The notes beneath the pieces are model-generated. The model searched no databases, was not told the DNA's origin, and saw only the letters and a program-made list of their open reading frames with translations. This document shows positions 9,588-19,790 of a DNA stretch of 64,000 nucleotides, one piece after another (the stretch's first letter is position 1; every line of letters begins with the position of its first letter). Source of the stretch: an uncultured Actinomycetota bacterium (GTDB lineage Bacteria > Actinomycetota > Actinomycetes > Propionibacteriales > Nocardioidaceae); NCBI GenBank assembly GCA_963829855.1, contig CAWHKE010000009.1:4202-68201 (forward strand), written 5' to 3'. Both the position numbers and the translations under genes were made by a program.

Positions 9588-10232
9588 TCAGCTGGCGAAC
9601 TCGACAGTGAGCCCGCTCGACTGCAACAAGTCCCCCACGCGCTCGCTAAGCACGGACGGGCGCGACGCCCCCGGGAGGCGAAGGGTGCCGATCCCAAAGT
9701 CCTCGGCAAGCAGCACAGCGGCTGCTATGTGTGGCATCAGACGTACCAATGCGTCGTCAGACTGCGGCGACAACAAGGTCGCGTTCGTTGGGACCGTTGT
9801 CACGGTCGGTGCAAACAGATGGCCGAAATCTTGACCCGATGAGCTCAGGCGCAGTCGGGAGACGCCCTCGTTCGGACGGTCGTTGACCGCCTCTCCCGGT
9901 GTATCTGGCGCCTCAACCTGGAATACGCCCGTACCGAGCGGCATCTCCTTCGGATGGAACTCGAGTGGTCCAGGGAACGTCGTCGCGGGAGACAAGAACT
10001 CGCTGATGCTCCTCGCCAGCTCCGGGGCGATCCCGTGGGGGAACGTCGCGGCACCTGAGATGAAGGGTCGAAACGCCAACACTGCGGCCGCGGCAAGTCG
10101 TCCGGGACTGGCGAATCGAGGGCTGAAGTCCATCATCAGCGACGACGGCGCCGGATAGCCGTCGTAGTCCTCCGCGATCGCCGTCAGCGCGCAGCCGCCC
10201 ATGTCCAAGTTCGGGTGCCACTCGAACCTCAT
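9588..10232 (-). CDS. Hypothetical protein, no recognisable motif
   Basis: A 214-aa ORF with GGGAGGTTGGGAGAGG just upstream of the ATG. It lies in the low-GC island, convergent with the dehydrogenase. I recognise no family. Confidence 0.5.
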   Translation of the reverse strand: MRFEWHPNLDMGGCALTAIAEDYDGYPAPSSLMMDFSPRFASPGRLAAAAVLAFRPFISGAATFPHGIAPELARSISEFLSPATTFPGPLEFHPKEMPLGTGVFQVEAPDTPGEAVNDRPNEGVSRLRLSSSGQDFGHLFAPTVTTVPTNATLLSPQSDDALVRLMPHIAAAVLLAEDFGIGTLRLPGASRPSVLSERVGDLLQSSGLTVEFAS

Positions 10233-10279
10233 CAGACCTCTCCCAACCTCCCAGATCCGCCCTGGATGTCCCTACCCGC

Positions 10280-11572
10280 TCAGTCGCCGGAGTTGATCAT
10301 GCCGGCGCCGACCGTGATGCCGGTCGCCTCGTCGATCAGGATGAACGAGCCGGTGGACCGGTTCTTGGAGTAGGGGTCGCACAGCAGCGGCACCGTGGTG
10401 CGCAGCTGGACGCGGCCGATCTCGTTGAGACCGAGCTCCTTGGTCTCCTGGTCGCGGTGCAGCGTGTTGACGTCGAGCCGGTACTGGATGTCCTTGACCA
10501 TCGCCCGGCCGCTGCGGGTGGTGTGCTTGATCGCCAGCTTCTGGCGCGGCCGGAGCGGGGCGTTGGTCATCCAGCAGACCATCGCGTCGATGTCCTGGCT
10601 GGGCTTCGGCGCGTTCTTGACGCGGGCGATCATGTCGCCGCGGGAGACGTCGACGTCGTCCTCGAGGTGGACGGTGACGCTCATCGGCGGGAACGCCTCG
10701 GTGATCTCCTCGTCGAACAGGTCGATCTTGGAGATGGTCGAGGTCATGCCCGAGGGGAGGACGACGACCTCGTCACCGGGCTTGAGGACGCCACCGGCCA
10801 CCTGGCCGGCGTACCCGCGGTAGTCGTGGTACTGGTCGGACTTCGGCCGGACGACGTACTGCACCGGGAACCGGACGTCGACCAGGTCGCGGTCGGACGC
10901 GACGTGGATGTGCTCGAGGTGGTGCATCAGCGTGGAGCCGGAGTACCACGGCATCTCCTCGCTCCGGGTCACGACGTTGTCGCCCTTGAGCGCCGAGATC
11001 GGGATGACCTCGAGGTCCGGGATCGCGAGCTTGGTCGCGAACTGGGTGAACTCCTGGTGGATCCGGTCGTAGACCTCCTGGGAGTAGTCGACGAGGTCCA
11101 TCTTGTTCACGGCCAGCACGAGGTGCGGCACCCGCAGCAGCGAGAGGATCACGGCGTGCCGGCGCGACTGCTCGGTCAGGCCCTGGCGGGCGTCGACGAG
11201 CACCAGGCCGAGGTCGGCCGTCGAGGCGCCGGTGACCATGTTGCGCGTGTACTGCACGTGGCCCGGGGTGTCGGCGATGATGAACTTGCGACTCGGCGTC
11301 GCGAAGTAGCGGTAGGCGACGTCGATCGTGATGCCCTGCTCACGCTCGGAGCGCAGGCCGTCGGTCAGCAGCGCGAGGTCGGTGTAGTCGTACCCCTTCG
11401 CCTGCGAGGACGACTCCACGGCCTCGAGCTGGTCCTCGAAGATCGCCTTCGAGTCGAGCAGCAGGCGCCCGATCAGGGTCGACTTGCCGTCGTCCACGGA
11501 CCCGGCGGTCGCGAACCGGAGCAGGTCCATCTCGCGCTTGTCGGTGCCGGACTGGTCGGAAACGGTGCTCAT
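10280..11572 (-). CDS. cysN: Sulfate adenylyltransferase subunit 1 (GTPase)
   Basis: It has the GSVDDGKSTLIGRLL P-loop, DTPGH and NKMD GTPase motifs. The ATG shares one nt with the cysD stop (TGATG). Confidence 0.95.
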   Translation of the reverse strand: MSTVSDQSGTDKREMDLLRFATAGSVDDGKSTLIGRLLLDSKAIFEDQLEAVESSSQAKGYDYTDLALLTDGLRSEREQGITIDVAYRYFATPSRKFIIADTPGHVQYTRNMVTGASTADLGLVLVDARQGLTEQSRRHAVILSLLRVPHLVLAVNKMDLVDYSQEVYDRIHQEFTQFATKLAIPDLEVIPISALKGDNVVTRSEEMPWYSGSTLMHHLEHIHVASDRDLVDVRFPVQYVVRPKSDQYHDYRGYAGQVAGGVLKPGDEVVVLPSGMTSTISKIDLFDEEITEAFPPMSVTVHLEDDVDVSRGDMIARVKNAPKPSQDIDAMVCWMTNAPLRPRQKLAIKHTTRSGRAMVKDIQYRLDVNTLHRDQETKELGLNEIGRVQLRTTVPLLCDPYSKNRSTGSFILIDEATGITVGAGMINSGD

Positions 11573-12492
11573 CAGAAGTAGCCTTCCTTCTTCCGGTCCT
11601 CCATGGCTGCCTCGGAGAACCGGTCGTCGCCGCGGGTCGCGCCGCGCTCGGTCACGCGGGCGATCGCGATCTCGTCGATGATCTTCTCGATCGTGTCGGC
11701 CTCGGACTCCACGCAGCCGGTGAGCGTCAGGTCACCCACGGTGCGGAAGCGCACGGTCCGCTCCTCGACGGTCTCGTTGCCCTTGGTCGGGTTGAACTCG
11801 CTCTCCGACAGCAGCATGCCGTCACGCAGGAACACGCGACGCTGGTGGGAGAAGTAGATGGTCGGGATCTCGATCTGCTCGCGGCCGAGGTAGTGCCAGA
11901 TGTCCAGCTCGGTCCAGTTGGAGAGCGGGAAGATCCGCATGTGCTCGCCCTCGTGGAGCCGGCCGTTGTAGAGGCTCCAGAGCTCCGGGCGCTGCATCTT
12001 GGGGTCCCACTGACCGAACTCGTCGCGGTGGGAGTAGACGCGCTCCTTGGCGCGGGCCTTCTCCTCGTCGCGGCGGCCGCCACCGAAGGCGGCGGTGTAG
12101 CCCTCCTCCTCCAGCGCGTGGAGCAGGGTGCCGATCTGCAGCCGGTTGCGAGACGTCTTGCCGTCGTCGACGACCACGCCGTTCTCGATGGCCTCCTCGA
12201 CGGAGGCGACCTTGAGCTTCACGCCCAGCCGGTCGACCCAGGAGTCGCGGCAGGCGAGCACCTCGGGGAAGTCGTACCCGGTGTCGACCTGGAGCACGGG
12301 GAAGGGGATCTTGGCCGGGAAGAACGCCTTCTCGGCCAGGCGCAGCATCACGATCGAGTCCTTGCCGCCCGAGAACATCAGGACGGGCTTCTCGAACTCG
12401 GCGGCGACCTCACGGAAGATGTGGATCGACTCCGCTTCGAGCTGGTCGAGCTGGCTCAGCTGGTAGTCGACATGGGTCGGCGGTGCAGTCAT
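11572..12492 (-). CDS. cysD: Sulfate adenylyltransferase subunit 2
   Basis: It carries the PAPS-reductase-fold motif VLMFSGGKDSIVML and is full length, with typical CysD sequence throughout. Confidence 0.95.
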   Translation of the reverse strand: MTAPPTHVDYQLSQLDQLEAESIHIFREVAAEFEKPVLMFSGGKDSIVMLRLAEKAFFPAKIPFPVLQVDTGYDFPEVLACRDSWVDRLGVKLKVASVEEAIENGVVVDDGKTSRNRLQIGTLLHALEEEGYTAAFGGGRRDEEKARAKERVYSHRDEFGQWDPKMQRPELWSLYNGRLHEGEHMRIFPLSNWTELDIWHYLGREQIEIPTIYFSHQRRVFLRDGMLLSESEFNPTKGNETVEERTVRFRTVGDLTLTGCVESEADTIEKIIDEIAIARVTERGATRGDDRFSEAAMEDRKKEGYF

Positions 12493-12595
12493 GGGGTGGC
12501 GGGACCTCTCCTCGGGGTAAGCGGGTTCATGCTAGCCGGGGACGTGGGAGGCGGCGGAATCGTCGTCCGGGGGCGGACGGCGGGGCCGCGCCCGG

Positions 12596-13639
12596 TCACG
12601 TCGGTGGTCCGGCGGTGCCCTCGGGGCCGCCGTCGCCGCGCTTCATGCCGACGATGCCGGGCCGGTACGACGGGTTCTCGAGCTCGGCCACGGTGGGCGA
12701 GCCGAACATGGGGATGCCCTGGCTGCGACGGATCAGGCCCCACACGAGCGGGAGCAGGACCACCATCGCCAGGCCCACCCCGGCCACCAGCAGGGGGTAG
12801 GTCTCGTCCTCGCCGGCTCCGAGCGGGGGCCACTGGGCCTTGTCGAGCAGCGCGACGCCCGACATGGTCAGCACCACCACGATGCCGCGTCGGATGTAGG
12901 ACTGCGGCACCCGGGGGGCGATCTTGGCGCCGATCATCGTGCCCGGGAGCGACCCGATGACGAGCGGGATCAGCAGCCCCCAGTCGAGCCCGTGGATGGC
13001 GATGTTGGAGATCGCGGCGGCGAGGACGAGCGGCACCGCCTGGACCAGGTCGGTGCCCACGAGCTTCGCGGCCGAGAGGCCGGGGTAGAGCATCAGCAGC
13101 GCGATCATGATGACGGAGCCGGAGCCGACGCTGGTGACGCCCACGAGCAGGCCGCCCAGTGCTCCGACGAGGACGGTGGGCAGGATCCGGATGGCGGGGT
13201 CGCTGTTGTCGGTCGTCTCGCCGAGCCGCACCCGACGCAGGTTGATCCACAGCCGGAGGGCGTAGGTGAGGGCCGCGAAGAGCAGCGCGAACCCGATGCA
13301 GAGCTTGAGGATGCGGTCGAGCTCGTCCTTGTCCGAGGTGAGGCTGAAGACGAGGTAGGGCCCCAGGAGGGCCATCGGGACCGACCCGATGATCAGCCAC
13401 TTGGCCAGCGCCAGGTTGGGCGTGCCCTCCCGGTGGTGCACCACCGCCCCGCCGGTCTTGTAGACGGCGGCGGCGGTGAGGTCGGCGGTGATGACCGCCG
13501 TCGTCTCGCCCACCCCCAGGAAGATCAGGGCAGGCGTCATCAGCGCGCCGCCACCCATCCCGGTCATGCCGACGACGATGCCGACGACGAAGCCGGCAGC
13601 GATGACGGCGAAGAACGTCGTCGTGATGACGTCGCCCAT
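12596..13639 (-). CDS. TauE/SafE (DUF81) family anion permease, possibly the sulfate uptake component of the operon
   Basis: It is polytopic, with GMTGMGGGALMTPALIFLG and a repeated half (GGLLVGVTSVGSGSVIM). It sits between cysC and cysD, like the DUF81-type CysZ proposed in Corynebacterium cys clusters. A soluble tail of about 50 aa follows. Confidence 0.8.
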   Translation of the reverse strand: MGDVITTTFFAVIAAGFVVGIVVGMTGMGGGALMTPALIFLGVGETTAVITADLTAAAVYKTGGAVVHHREGTPNLALAKWLIIGSVPMALLGPYLVFSLTSDKDELDRILKLCIGFALLFAALTYALRLWINLRRVRLGETTDNSDPAIRILPTVLVGALGGLLVGVTSVGSGSVIMIALLMLYPGLSAAKLVGTDLVQAVPLVLAAAISNIAIHGLDWGLLIPLVIGSLPGTMIGAKIAPRVPQSYIRRGIVVVLTMSGVALLDKAQWPPLGAGEDETYPLLVAGVGLAMVVLLPLVWGLIRRSQGIPMFGSPTVAELENPSYRPGIVGMKRGDGGPEGTAGPPT

Positions 13640-13715
13640 GAGTACCTCCCCTTAGACCCGTTGCCCGCCGAACTCTACTGAACTACCTGAGATGGTGGGA
13701 ATCAGCGGCGTGCGG

Positions 13716-14927
13716 TCACGATAACGGCGCCACGTCCAGCAGTCCGGCGTCTCGGAGCGCGTCGGTCACGTCGCCGAGCGCGTCCTCGATGGTGCGGCCG
13801 GTCGTGTCGACCCGGACCGCGGCGTCGTCCGGCTCCTCGTACGGCGAGGAGATGCCGGTGAACTCGGGGATCTCACCGCGCCGGGCCTTGGCGTACAGGC
13901 CCTTGCGGTCGCGTCGCTCGCACTCCTCGAGCGGGGTCGCGACGTGGACCAGGAAGAACGCCCCGCCGGCGTCCTCGACCATGGTGCGGACCTGCGCCCG
14001 GGTCTCGGCGAACGGTGCGATCGGGCTGCAGACGGCGAGCCCTCGGTGGCGCGAGATCTCCGCGGCGACCCAGCCGATCCGCCGGATGTTCGTCTCGCGG
14101 TCGGCCTTGGAGAACGTGAGCCCGGCCGACAGGTGCCGCCGGACGACGTCGCCGTCGAGGCTGGTGACGGTGCGGTCGGTCTGCTCGTGGACCCGGTCGA
14201 CCAGCGCCTGGGCCAGCGTCGACTTCCCGCTGCCGGACAGCCCGGTGAAGAACAGGACCAGTCCCTGGCCGCCCGGCCCGGGCCGGTCGGCGGCCACGAT
14301 CCCGGCGACGTCCTCGGGGTAGGAGGGGTCGCTGTCGTCGGGCTCGGTGAGCGCGTGCACGGGGTCGTCGCCGGCGTACGTCGCCACGACCCGGACTCCC
14401 AGCGCGTGGTCGGCCTCCGGGTCGCCGTGCGCAGCGAGCGGCACGGCCACGACCTCGCCCCCGAGCCGGGTCGCGGCGGCCAGCGAGGCGCGGAGCAGGG
14501 CGACCGGGCTGAGCGCGGGGGTGCCGTGGCCGACCAGCGCGAGCAGCACGACCCGGCCACCGAGCGCGGCCAGCTCCGCCAGCTGGTCGTCGGTCAGCGC
14601 GTCGTCGGCGGGGACGAACGTGGCTCCGGCGTACCGCTCCCGCACCTCGGCGGGGGAGAGGTAGAGCCGGCGGAACGCGCCGTACTGGGGGTGGGTGAGG
14701 GTCTCGACCTCGCCCGACGCGGTGGTGACGCGGGCCAGCGGCAGCCCCTCGGGGTCGACCAGCTCGACGACCGGCGCCGACGCGAGCTCGGGCGGCAACG
14801 TGAGCGTGACCGGGCTGCCCGGCTCGCCGAACCGGGTCACCGGCGCCAGCGCTCCCGTGGTGAGGAGCTCGAGGTCGTCGAGCTCGCGGGGCGTGGGGCA
14901 GTGCTGGGGGACGGGCGCATCGGGCAC
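13716..14927 (-). CDS. cysC: Adenylylsulfate (APS) kinase with a roughly 200-aa N-terminal degenerate ATP-sulfurylase-like domain
   Basis: The C-terminal half has LVLFFTGLSGSGKSTLAQAL...DGDVVRRHL...FSKADRETNIRR, as in APS kinase. The N-terminal half resembles the Sat PUA/N-domain (HPQYGAFRRLYLSPAEVRERY), but the position of the QTRNPxHRxH motif reads LLALVGHGTPALS. Confidence 0.85.
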   Translation of the reverse strand: MPDAPVPQHCPTPRELDDLELLTTGALAPVTRFGEPGSPVTLTLPPELASAPVVELVDPEGLPLARVTTASGEVETLTHPQYGAFRRLYLSPAEVRERYAGATFVPADDALTDDQLAELAALGGRVVLLALVGHGTPALSPVALLRASLAAATRLGGEVVAVPLAAHGDPEADHALGVRVVATYAGDDPVHALTEPDDSDPSYPEDVAGIVAADRPGPGGQGLVLFFTGLSGSGKSTLAQALVDRVHEQTDRTVTSLDGDVVRRHLSAGLTFSKADRETNIRRIGWVAAEISRHRGLAVCSPIAPFAETRAQVRTMVEDAGGAFFLVHVATPLEECERRDRKGLYAKARRGEIPEFTGISSPYEEPDDAAVRVDTTGRTIEDALGDVTDALRDAGLLDVAPLS

Positions 14928-14970
14928 GGCGCCATCCTGCCACCGGGCCGCCGGGGTGCCGCTGGTTAGG

Positions 14971-15357
14971 GTGCGTGCTGTGTCAGACGAGGCCGTGCCC
15001 GACCAGCACGCACGCTCCGCCGAGCGCCCCTGGGGCGCCTGGCACGTGCTCGACGTCGGCGACGGCTACAAGCTGAAGCGGATCGAGGTGCTGGCCGGTC
15101 ACCGGCTGTCGTACCAGACCCACGCGCACCGGTCCGAGCACTGGCTGGTCGTCTCCGGCACCGCCACCTGCGTGATCGACGGCCACGCCGTCGTCGTCGG
15201 GCCGGGCCAGCACGTCGACGTCGACCAGGGAGTGCCGCACCGGATCGCCAACGAGGGCGAGGAGCTGCTGGTGATCCTGGAGACCCAGCTCGGCCACTAC
15301 ACGGAGGAGGACGACATCGTGCGGCTCGAGGACGACTACGCGAGGTGCCCGGAGTGA
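14971..15357 (+). CDS. Cupin-type phosphomannose isomerase domain protein (type II PMI C-terminal domain)
   Basis: RPWGAWHVLDVGDGYKLKRIEVLAGHRLSYQTHAHRSEHWLVVSGTA...PHRIAN is the typical ManC/PMI cupin. The GTG start at 14971 is provisional (14980 is also possible). Confidence 0.75.
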   Translation: MRAVSDEAVPDQHARSAERPWGAWHVLDVGDGYKLKRIEVLAGHRLSYQTHAHRSEHWLVVSGTATCVIDGHAVVVGPGQHVDVDQGVPHRIANEGEELLVILETQLGHYTEEDDIVRLEDDYARCPE

Positions 15358-16344
15358 CCGGCCCGGTCGTCGTCGCCGAGATCGTCCGCTCCGGGTTCGT
15401 CGAGGGCCACCACTACGGGTCGGTCGTCGCGCTCGACGCGTCCGGCGCGGTGGACTGGTCGGTCGGCGACGTCACCTCACCCGTGCTGCCCGCGGTCCTG
15501 CAACAAGCCGGTGCAGGCGCTCGGGATGCTGCGGCTGGGTCTCGAGCTCGAGCCGGAGCTGCTCGCCCTGGCCTGCGCGTCGCACTCGGGGGAGGAGTTC
15601 CACGTCGCCGGGGTCCGCCGGATCCTGGCCGACGCCGGGCTCGACGAGTCGGCGCTGCAGACCCCTCCCGACTTCCCCCTGGACGACGCGGCGCGCGAGC
15701 AGGTGGTCCGCGCCGGTGGGGTGAAGGCGCCGGTCCTCATGAACTGCTCCGGCAAGCACGCCGCCATGCTCGCCACGTGCGTCCGGAACGGCTGGGACGT
15801 CGCCGACTACCGCAGCGCCGACCACCCGCTCCAGGTCGGGATCCGCGAGGTGTTCGAGGAGCTCACCGGCGAGGCGGCGGTCGCGGTCGCCGTCGACGGG
15901 TGCGGCGCCCCGCTGTTCTCGACCTCGCTGACCGGGCTGGCCCGGGCCTTCGCCCGGCTCGCGCGCGGCCTCGACGGCCGGGACCGCCCCGACCCGCTCG
16001 CGGCCCGGGTGGCCGACGCGATCCGGGCCCATCCGGCGTACGTCTCCGGCAGCGGGCGCGACGAGCGGGCACTCCTGACGGCCGTGCCCGGCGCGATCGG
16101 GAAGGCGGGGGCGGAGTCGTGCTATGCGGTCGCGCTGCCCGACGGCCGCGCGTTCGCCCTCAAGACCGATGACGGCGCGCCCCGGGTGCGGCCGGTGCTG
16201 ATGGCGGCCGCGCTCGAGCGCAGCGGTGTCCTCGCGGAGCCGGGCGTGGACGCCGAGGCCGTCCGGCGGACCGGCCACGTCCCGCTGCTCGGCGGCGGCG
16301 AGCCCGTGGGCGAGATCCGCGCCAGCTTCTGGACCGGCGACTGA
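15354..16344 (+). pseudogene. Asparaginase II family (PF06089-like) gene interrupted by a 1-nt insertion near 15489-15493
   Basis: Frame 0 gives VTGPVVVAEIVRSGFVEGHHYGSVVALDASGAVDWSVGDVTSPVLP, then nonsense. Frame +1 gives RSCNKPVQALGMLRLG...CSGKHAAML... to 16344. The join reproduces the family motif (L/F)PRSxxKPxQAL. Length is 991 nt, which is 3n+1. A GTGA overlap couples it to the upstream cupin gene. Confidence 0.7.
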
Positions 16345-16402
16345 GACCGAGATACCCGGATCACCGACTGTGAAGCACCTCACGCTTGCTCAGTTTGCAT
16401 TT

Positions 16403-16420
16403 TGCTAGCTGCTGCTAGCA
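16403..16420. promoter_or_regulatory. Candidate operator upstream of the XRE regulator (TGCTAGC-TGC-TGCTAGCA)
   Basis: The self-complementary octamer TGCTAGCA (16413-16420) is preceded by a near copy (16403-16409), 11 nt upstream of the ATG at 16431. This rests on sequence only and has no known consensus. Confidence 0.25.
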
Positions 16421-16430
16421 CAGTGGGGGC

Positions 16431-16811
16431 ATGGCCAAGAGCAAGGTCGGGAAGACCGTCGGGTCTCTCGGGGAGTACCTCAGGGAGCAGCGACTCGCGT
16501 CGCGGCTCTCCCTGCGGCAGCTCGCCGAGCAGGCCGGCGTGTCGAACCCCTACCTCAGCCAGATCGAACGCGGTCTGCGCAAGCCCTCGGCCGAGGTCCT
16601 CCAGCAGATCGCGAAGGCGCTGCGGATCTCTGCGGAACAGCTCTACCTCCGGGCCGGCCTCGTCAGCCCGGAGCACGTCCCGAGCGCACCGGAACGCTCG
16701 CTGGAGCTCGCCGTCCTGCACGACCCCCACCTGAGCGAGCGGCAGAAGCAGACCCTGCTCGACGTCTACGCGTCGTTCCGCTCGCTCAACACCACCACCC
16801 CGAAGGAGTGA
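16431..16811 (+). CDS. XRE-family helix-turn-helix transcriptional regulator (Rv0474-like)
   Basis: LSLRQLAEQAGVSNPYLSQIERGLRKPSAEVLQQIAKAL is a canonical HTH_3 motif. It is conserved upstream of hbhA. Confidence 0.9.
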   Translation: MAKSKVGKTVGSLGEYLREQRLASRLSLRQLAEQAGVSNPYLSQIERGLRKPSAEVLQQIAKALRISAEQLYLRAGLVSPEHVPSAPERSLELAVLHDPHLSERQKQTLLDVYASFRSLNTTTPKE

Positions 16812-16816
16812 GCCGC

Positions 16817-17485
16817 ATGGCCACGTTCGACACCCTCAAGCTCGACACCATCAAGTCCGACCTGAAGGTCGTCGCGAAGCCGCTGTACGCCGGCGTCGGC
16901 GCGACCGACCTCGCCGTGGAGCTCGTCCGCGACTACGTCACCGAGGCGCAGAAGCGCTTCGCCGGTGCGCAGAAGCGCGTGACGGACCTCGACCTCGAGC
17001 CCCAGGCGCTGCGCGACCAGGCCACCACGGTCGTCAACGCCCGCGTCGACGCCCTCGCCAAGGACGCCAAGGCCCGCCGTGCCGCGATCGAGAAGCGCGT
17101 CGCCGAGCTGCAGGCCGACGCCAAGACCCTGCCGGCCAAGGTGCAGGCGTTCGTCGACGAGAACGTCTCGACCGTCGGCGACACCTACGGCGACCTGATC
17201 GCCCGCGGGGAGGTCCTCGTGACCCGGATCCGCAAGCAGGAGTCCACCCAGGCCACGGCCGCCGCCGCGAAGACCACGACGGCGAAGGCCAAGACCACCA
17301 AGACCCAGGCCACCAAGGCCGCGAAGTCGACGACCAAGACCACGGCCAAGAAGGCCACCACCACGGCCAAGAAGAAGAGCGCCGCTCCGAAGAGCAGCGC
17401 CAAGGCCACCGCGACCGCGGCCAAGAAGACCGCGGCGTCCGCGACCGACGCCGTCACCGACGGTGCCGCGAAGATCGGCGACTGA
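16817..17485 (+). CDS. hbhA: Heparin-binding hemagglutinin (HbhA)-like protein with a Lys/Thr/Ala-rich tail
   Basis: PLYAGVGATDLAVELV and YGDLIARGEVLVTRIRKQ parallel mycobacterial HbhA (PLLAALGAADLA.., YNELVERGEAALQRLRSQ). The C-terminus is KTTTAKAKTTKTQATKAAKSTTKTTAKKATTTAKKKSAAPK. GAAGGAG lies 9 nt before the ATG at 16817. Confidence 0.8.
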   Translation: MATFDTLKLDTIKSDLKVVAKPLYAGVGATDLAVELVRDYVTEAQKRFAGAQKRVTDLDLEPQALRDQATTVVNARVDALAKDAKARRAAIEKRVAELQADAKTLPAKVQAFVDENVSTVGDTYGDLIARGEVLVTRIRKQESTQATAAAAKTTTAKAKTTKTQATKAAKSTTKTTAKKATTTAKKKSAAPKSSAKATATAAKKTAASATDAVTDGAAKIGD

Positions 17486-17502
17486 ACGACCTCGTTCGAC
17501 TC

Positions 17503-17534
17503 GAGACCCCCGGGGTGTGAGCCCCGGGGGTCTC
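17503..17534 (+). terminator. Hairpin after hbhA-like gene (13-bp perfect stem, 6-nt loop)
   Basis: GAGACCCCCGGGG-tgtgag-CCCCGGGGGTCTC begins 18 nt after the stop. There is no T-tract, which is common in high-GC actinobacteria. Confidence 0.6.
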
Positions 17535-17553
17535 GGCGTCTCCGGGTGCGAGC

Positions 17554-17877
17554 GTGCGGCGCGGCGGCTCCAGTACCGTGGGAGCCGTGGACAACGTGAT
17601 CGGCATCGAGGGCTGGGTCCTGCTCGTTGTCACGCTGGCTCTGCTGGCGGTCAAGATCTTCGCGCTCGTGACCTCGCTCGGATTCAGCCCGCAGCACTAC
17701 CAGGCGGCCGACAAGCTGACCAAGCCTGCGTGGGTCGCCATCCTCGGGCTCGGCGTGCTCGCGAACGTGCTGTTCCTGAGCAACCCGATCGGGCTGCTGA
17801 ACATCGCCTTCACGATCGCGACGTTCGTCTACCTCGCCGACGTGCGCCCCGCCCTCCAGGGCCTGCACCAGCGCTGA
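17554..17877 (+). CDS. DUF2516 family membrane protein (Rv0476-like)
   Basis: It is a small protein with 3 TM segments (IEGWVLLVVTLALLAVKIFALV...KPAWVAILGLGVLANVLF) in conserved synteny after hbhA. The start may instead be the GTG at about 17587. Confidence 0.75.
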   Translation: MRRGGSSTVGAVDNVIGIEGWVLLVVTLALLAVKIFALVTSLGFSPQHYQAADKLTKPAWVAILGLGVLANVLFLSNPIGLLNIAFTIATFVYLADVRPALQGLHQR

Positions 17878-17884
17878 GCGCGCC

Positions 17885-19779
<1,895 letters not shown>

Positions 19780-19790
<11 letters not shown>

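Noticed and set aside
10457-11581. 374-aa plus-strand ORF
   Set aside because: It is entirely antisense to cysN, which has unambiguous GTPase motifs. Its translation is Arg/Gly/Asp/Val-rich low-complexity, the usual shadow ORF in about 70% GC DNA.
17260-17440. Apparent tandem DNA repeats (aagaccacg / gccaag units) considered as a VNTR or non-coding repeat
   Set aside because: They are the in-frame coding sequence of the K/T/A-rich HbhA-like tail, which is low-complexity protein rather than an independent repeat element.
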